In this document: positions 57,600-64,000 of the stretch, in pieces
How the letters are laid out: every line of letters starts with the position of its first letter
Position numbering within the stretch: position 1 is the stretch's first letter
Assembly: GCA_964016885.1 (NCBI GenBank)
Contig: OZ024740.1
Location: 319,238,001 to 319,302,000 of the forward strand
Length of the DNA: 64,000 nt
From: Eledone cirrhosa
Lineage: Eukaryota
Direction of reading: 5' to 3'
Notes under the pieces: generated by a model
What the model was told of the DNA's origin: nothing
Databases searched by the model: none
The model's input: the letters and a program-made list of their open reading frames with translations, nothing else
Program-made: the position numbers and the translations under genes

Positions 57600-60500
57600 A
57601 ATAATCAAGGATTGTAACGTCTATTTCCACAACTTACATTCTATCTGACATGCTAACGACTCTACCAATTCGCTGTATTTCTACTACAATACTCACAACA
57701 AATAATCCAGCATAGTCTTGTCTATTTCCACAACACACATTCTAACTATCATTCTAACGACTCTACCAATTCGAAGTCTTTCTACTACAATACTCACAAC
57801 AAATCATCCAGGATTGTCTCCTCTATTTCCACAACATACATTCTATCTGACATTCAATCGACTCTATCAATTCGAAGTCTTTCTACTACAATACTAATAA
57901 CAAATAATCCAGGATTGTCTCGTCTATTTCCACAAGTTACATTCTATCTGACATTCTTACGACTCTACAAATTCGAAGTCTTTCTACTACAATACTCACA
58001 ACAATTAATCCAGGATTGTATCGTCTATTTCCACAACTTACATTCTATCTGACATTCTAACGACTCTACCAATTTGAAGTCTTTCTACTACAATACTCAC
58101 AACAAATAATCAAGGATTGTATCGTCTATTTCCACAACTTACATTCTATCTGAAATTCTAACGACTCTACCAATTCGAAGTCTTTCTACTACAATACTCA
58201 CAACAAATAATCCAGGATTGTCTCGTCTATTTCCACACCTTACATTCTATCTGACATTCTAACGACTCTACCCATTCTCTGTATTTCTACTACAATACTA
58301 ACTTCAAATAATCCAGGATTGTCTCGTCTATTTCCACAACTTACATTCTATCTGACATTCAATCGACTCTATCAATTCGAAGTCTTTCTACTACAATACT
58401 AATAACAAATAATCCAGGATTGTCTCGTCTATTTCCACAAGTTACATTCTATCTGACATTCTTACGACTCTACAAATTCGAAGTCTTTCTACTACAATAC
58501 TCACAACAATTAATCCAGGATTGTAGCGTCCATTTCCACAACTTACATTCTATCTGACATTCTAACGACTCTAGCAATTTGAAGTCTTTCTACTACAATA
58601 CTCACAACAAATAATCCAGGATTGTCTCGTCTATTTCCACACCTTACATTTTATCTGATATTCTAACGACTCTACCCATAAGCTGTATTTCTACTACAAT
58701 ACTAACTTCAAATAATCCAGGATTGTCACGTCTATTTCCACAACTTACATTCTATCTGATATTCTAACGACTCTACCAATTCGAAGTCTTTCTACTACAA
58801 TACTCACAACAAATAATCCAGGATTGTCTCGTCTATTTCCACACCTTACATTTTATCTGATATTCTAACGACTCTACCCATAAGCTGTATTTCTACTACA
58901 ATACTAACTTCAAATAATCCAGGATTGTCACGTCTATTTCCACAACTTACATTCTATCTGATATTCTAACGACTCGACCAATTCGAAGTCTTTCTACTAC
59001 AATACTCACAACAAATAATCAAGGATTGTAACGTCTATTTCCACAACTTACATTCTATCTGACATTCTAACGACTCTACCAATTCGAGGTCTTTCTACTA
59101 CAATACTAACAACAAATAATCCAGGATTGCCTCGTCTATTTCCAAAACTTACATACTATCTGACATTCTAACGACTCTACCAATTCGAAGTCTTTCTACT
59201 ACAATACTAACTTTAAATGATCCAGGATTGTCTCCTCTATTTCAACAACTTACATTCTATCTGACATTCTAACGACTCTACCAATTCGAGGTCTTTCTAC
59301 TAAAATACTAACTTCAAATAATCCAGGATTGTCTCGTCTATTTCCACAACTTACATTCCATCTGACATTCTAACGACTCTACCAATTCGAAGTCTTTCTA
59401 CTACAGTACTCACAACAAATAATCAAGGTTTGTATCGTCTATTTCCACAACTTACATTCTATCTGACATTCAAACGACTCTACCAATTCGAAGTCTTTCT
59501 ACTACAATACTCACAACAAATAATCCAGGATTGTCTCGTCTATTTCCACAGCTTACATTTTATCTGATATTCTAACGACTCTACCCATAAGCTGTATTTC
59601 TACTACAATAGTAACTTCAAATAATCCAGGATTGTCACATCTGTTTCCACAACTTACATTCCATCTGATATTCTAACGACTCTACCAATTCGAAGTCTTT
59701 CTACTACAATACTCACAACAAATAATTTAGGATTGTCTCGTCTATTTCCACAACTTACATTCTATCTGACGTTCTAACGATTCTACCCATTCGCTGTATT
59801 TCTACTAAAATACTAACTTCAAATAATCCAGGATTGTCACATCTATTTCCACAACTTACATTCTATCTGATATTCTAACGACTCTACCAATTCGAAGTCT
59901 TTTTACTACAATACTCACAACAAATAATTTAGGATTGTCTCGTCTATTTCCACAACTTACATTCTATCTGACATTCAATCGACTCTATCAATTCGAAGTC
60001 TTTCTACTACAATACTAATAACAAATAATCCAGGATTGTCTCGTCTATTTCCACAAGTTACATTCTATCTGACATTCTAACGACTCTACAAATTCGAAGT
60101 CTTTCTACTACAATACTCACAACAATTAATCCAGGATTGTATCGTCTATTTCCACAAATTACATTCTATCTGACATTCTAACGACTCTACCAATTTGAAG
60201 TCTTTCTACTACAATACTCACAACAAATAATCAAGGATTGTATCGTCTATTTCCACAACTTACATTCTATCTGACATTCTAACGACTCTACCAATTCGAA
60301 GTCTTTCTACTACAATACTCACAACAAATAATCCAGGATTGTCTCGTCTATTTCCACAGCTTACATTTTATCTGATATTCTAACGACTCTACCCATAAGC
60401 TGTATTTCTACTACAATAGTAACTTCAAATAATCCAGGATTGTCACATCTATTTCCACAACTTACATTCTATCTGATATTCTAACGACTCTACCAATTCG

Positions 60501-63500
60501 AAGTCTTTCTACTACAATACTCACAACAAATAATTTAGGATTGTCTCGTCTATTTCCACAACTTACATTCTATCTGACATTCAATCGACTCTATCAATTC
60601 GAAGTCTTTCTACTACAATACTAATAACAAATAATCCAGGATTGTCTCGTCTATTTCCACAAGTTACATTCTATCTGACATTCTAACGACTCTACAAATT
60701 CGAAGTCTTTCTACTACAATACTCACAACAATTAATCCAGGATTGTATCGTCTATTTCCACAACTTACATTCTATGTGACATTCTAACGACTCTACCAAT
60801 TTGAAGTCTTTCTACTACAATACTCACAACAAATAATCAAGGATTGTATCGTCTATTTCCACAACTTACATTCTATCTGACATTCTAACGACTCTACCAA
60901 TTCGAAGTCTTTCTACTACAATACTCACAACAAATAATCCAGGATTGTCTCGTCTATTTCCACAGCTTACATTTTATCTGATATTCTAACGACTCTACCC
61001 ATAAGCTGTATTTCTACTACAATAGTAACTTCAAATAATCCAGGATTGTCACATCTATTTCCACAACTTACATTCTATCTGACATTCTAACGACTCTACA
61101 AATTCGAAGTCTTTCTACTACAATACTCACAACAATTAATCCAGGATTGTATCGTCTATTTCCACAACTTACATTCTATCTGACATTCTAACGACTCTAT
61201 CAATTTGAAGTCTTTCTACTACAATACTCACAACAAATAATCAAGGATTGTATCGTCTATTTCCACAACTTACATTCTATCTGAAATTCTAACGACTCTA
61301 CCAATTCGAAGTCTTTCTACTACAATACTCACAACAAATAATCCAGGATTGTCTCGTCTATTTCCACACCTTACATTCTATCTGACATTCTAACGACTCT
61401 ACCCATTCTCTGTATTTCTACTACAATACTAACTTCAAATAATCCAGGATTGTCTCGTCTATTTCCACAACTTACATTCTATCTCACATTCTAACGACTC
61501 TACCAATTCGAAGTCATTCTACTAAAATACTCACAACAAATAATCCAGGATTGTCTCGTCTATTTCCACAACTTACATTCTATCTAAAAATCTAACGACT
61601 CTACCAATTCGAAGTCTTTCTACTACAATACTAACATCAACTACTCTAGGATTGTCTCGTCTATTTCCACAACTTACATTCTATCTGACATTCTAACGAC
61701 TCTACCAATTTGAAGTCTTTCTACTACAATACTCACAACAAATAATCAAGGATTGTCACGTCTATTTCCACAACTTACATTCTATCTGACGTTCTAACGA
61801 TTCTACCCATTCGCTGTATTTCTACTAAAATACTCACAACAAATAATCCAGGATTGTCTCGTCTATTTCCACAACTTACATTCCATCTCACATTCTAACG
61901 ACTCTACCAATTCGAAGTCTTTCTACTACAGTACTCACAACAAATAATCAAGGTTTGTATCGTCTATTTCCACAACTTACATTCTATCTGACATTCTAAC
62001 GACTGTACCAATTTGAAGTCTTTCAACTACAATACTCACAACAAATAATCCAGGATTGTCTCGTCTATTTCCACACCTTACATTCTATCTGACATTCTAA
62101 CGACTCTACCAATTCGAAGTCTTTCTACTACAATACTAACTTCAAATAATCCAGGATTGTCTCGTCTATTTCCACAACTTACATTCTATCTGACATTCTA
62201 ACAACTCTACCAATTCGAAGTCTTTCTACTACAGTACTCACAACAAATAATCAAGGTTTGTATCGTCTATTTCCACAACTTACATTCTATCTGACATTCT
62301 AACGACTGTACCAATTTGAAGTCTTTCAACTACAATACTCACAACAAATAATCCAGGATTGTCTCGTCTATTTCCACACCTTAGATTCTATCTGACATTC
62401 TAACGACTCTACCAATTCGAAGTCTTTCTACTACAATACTAACTTCAAATAATCCAGGATTGTCTCGTCTATTTCCACAACTTACATTCTATCTGACATT
62501 CTAACGACTCTACCAATTCGAAGTCTTTCTACTACAGTACTCACAACAAATAATCAAGGTTTGTATCGTCTATTTCCACAACTTACATTATATCTGACAT
62601 TCTAACGACTCTACCAATTCGAAGTCTTTCTACTACAATACTAACAACAAATAATCTAGGATTGTCTCGTCTATTTCCACAACTTACATTCTATCTGACA
62701 TTCTAACGACTCTACCAATTCGAAGTCTTTCTACTACAATACTCACAACAAATAATCCAGGATTGTCTCGTCTATTTCCACACCTTACATTTTATCTGAT
62801 AATCTAACGACTCTACCCATAAGCTGTATTTCTACTACAATACTAACTTCAAATAATCCAGGATTGTCACGTCTATTTCCACAACTTACATTCTATCTGA
62901 TATTCTAACGACTCTACCAATTCGAAGTCTTTCTACTACAATACTCACAACAAATAATCCAGGATTGTCTCGTCTATTTCCACACCTTACATTTTATCTG
63001 ATATTCTAACGACTCTACCCATAAGCTGTATTTCTACTACAATACTAACTTCAAATAATCCAGGATTGTCACGTCTATTTCCACAACTTACATTCTATCT
63101 GATATTCTAACGACTCGACCAATTCGAAGTCTTTCTACTACAATACTCACAACAAATAATCAAGGATTGTAACGTCTATTTCCACAACTTACATTCTATC
63201 TGACATTCTAACGACTCTACCAATTCGAAGTCTTTCTACTACAATACTCACGACAAATAATCCAGGATTGTCTCGTCTATTTCCACACCTTACATTCTAT
63301 CTGACATTCTAACGACTCTACCAATTCGAAGTCTTTCTACTACAATACTCACAACAAATAATCCAGGATTGTCTCCTCTATTTCCACAACTTACATTCTA
63401 TCTGACATGCTAACGACTCTACGAATTCGCTGTATTTCTACTACAATACTCTCAACAAATAATCCAGCATAGTCTTGTCTATTTCCACAACACACATTCT

Positions 63501-64000
63501 AACTGACATTCTAACGACTCTACCAATTCGAAGTCTTTCTACTACAATACTCACAACAAATAATCCAGGATTGTCTCGTCTATTTCCACACCTTACATTC
63601 TATCTGACATTCTAACGACTCTACCAATTCGAAGTCTTTCTACTACAATACTCACAACAAATAATCCAGGATTGTCTCGTCTATTTCCACACCTTACATT
63701 TTATCTGATATTCTAACGACTCTACCCATAAGCTGTATTTCTACTACAATACTAACTTCAAATAATCCAGGATTGTCTCGTCTATTTCCACACCTTACAT
63801 TTTATCTGACGTTCTAACGATTCTACCCATTCGCTGTATTTCTACTAAAAACTAACTTCAAATAATCCAGGATTGTCTCGTCTGTTCCCACAACACACAT
63901 TGTATCTGACATTCTAACGACTCTACCAATTCGAAGTCTTTCTACTACAATACTCACAACAAATCATCCAGGATTGTCTCCTCTATTTCCACAACATACA
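57600..64000. repeat. More diverged satellite sub-domain with its own monomer variants and short 3-, 5- and 6-monomer tandem units
   Basis: CATTCAATCG at 57851, 58356 (+505), 59972 and 60578 (+606). GACTGTACCAATTTG at 62001 and 62304 (+303). Variants CATAGTCTTG, CAACACACATT, ACAATTAATCC and AATAGTAAC were not seen further left. Confidence 0.82.

Larger units (their letters stand above)
1..64000. repeat. Tandem satellite DNA array, 101-bp monomer, about 635 head-to-tail copies, running off both window ends (probable centromeric/pericentromeric or heterochromatic satellite)
   Basis: TAACGAC recurs at 1, 102, 203, 304, 405, 505 (1-bp deletion), 606 and so on to the end. All copies have the same orientation, and most monomers differ from consensus at a few positions. 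The centromeric role is an inference from monomer size, array length and higher-order structure only. Confidence 0.99.

Noticed and set aside
1-64000. CRISPR array
   Set aside because: There are no unique spacers: the whole 101-bp unit is repeated, and no cas genes or leader are present.
1-64000. Giant repeat-protein gene on either strand
   Set aside because: The unit length of 101 is not a multiple of 3, stop codons recur in the monomer, 1-2 bp indels propagate, and the ORF track has nothing longer than 62 aa and nothing on the minus strand.
1-64000. Telomeric repeat or G-quadruplex array suggested by the C-rich strand
   Set aside because: No CCCTAA/CCCTAAA-type units, and CCC runs occur only singly in some variants.
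1-64000. Programmed variation system (DGR, antigenic-variation cassettes, information-storing array)
   Set aside because: Variant patterns are explained by ordinary duplication, deletion and conversion of monomers. There is no adenine-specific hypervariation, expression site, reverse transcriptase or recombinase in the window.
1-64000. Embedded transposon, inversion or unique island
   Set aside because: Reading through the window I found no departure from the monomer and no reverse-complement copies. A very short insertion could have been missed by eye.

Overview
The whole 64-kb window is one uninterrupted head-to-tail satellite DNA array of about 635 copies of a 101-bp monomer. The consensus is TAACGACTCTACCAATTCGAAGTCTTTCTACTACAATACTCACAACAAATAATCCAGGATTGTCTCGTCTATTTCCACAACTTACATTCTATCTGACATTC (by hand count A32 C28 G8 T33, about 36% GC, strong C>G skew on +). 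I saw no unique sequence, inversion, transposon insertion, RNA gene or credible protein-coding gene. The 15 listed 62-aa ORFs are chance products of one monomer pair carrying a TAA>TTA change. The array looks like eukaryotic (peri)centromeric or heterochromatic satellite, but I cannot name the family or organism. The informative signal is in its variant structure: fixed-order cassettes of variant monomers, two near-identical large tandem duplications (about 11.1 kb and about 7 kb) whose breakpoints fall in the same monomer classes, older 0.3-5.3 kb duplications to the right, a left-to-right layering from derived and homogeneous to ancestral-like and diverse, and CpG-decay variants. I found no evidence for a novel gene-encoded system. 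All comparisons were made by eye, so breakpoints are approximate and SNP lists may be incomplete.
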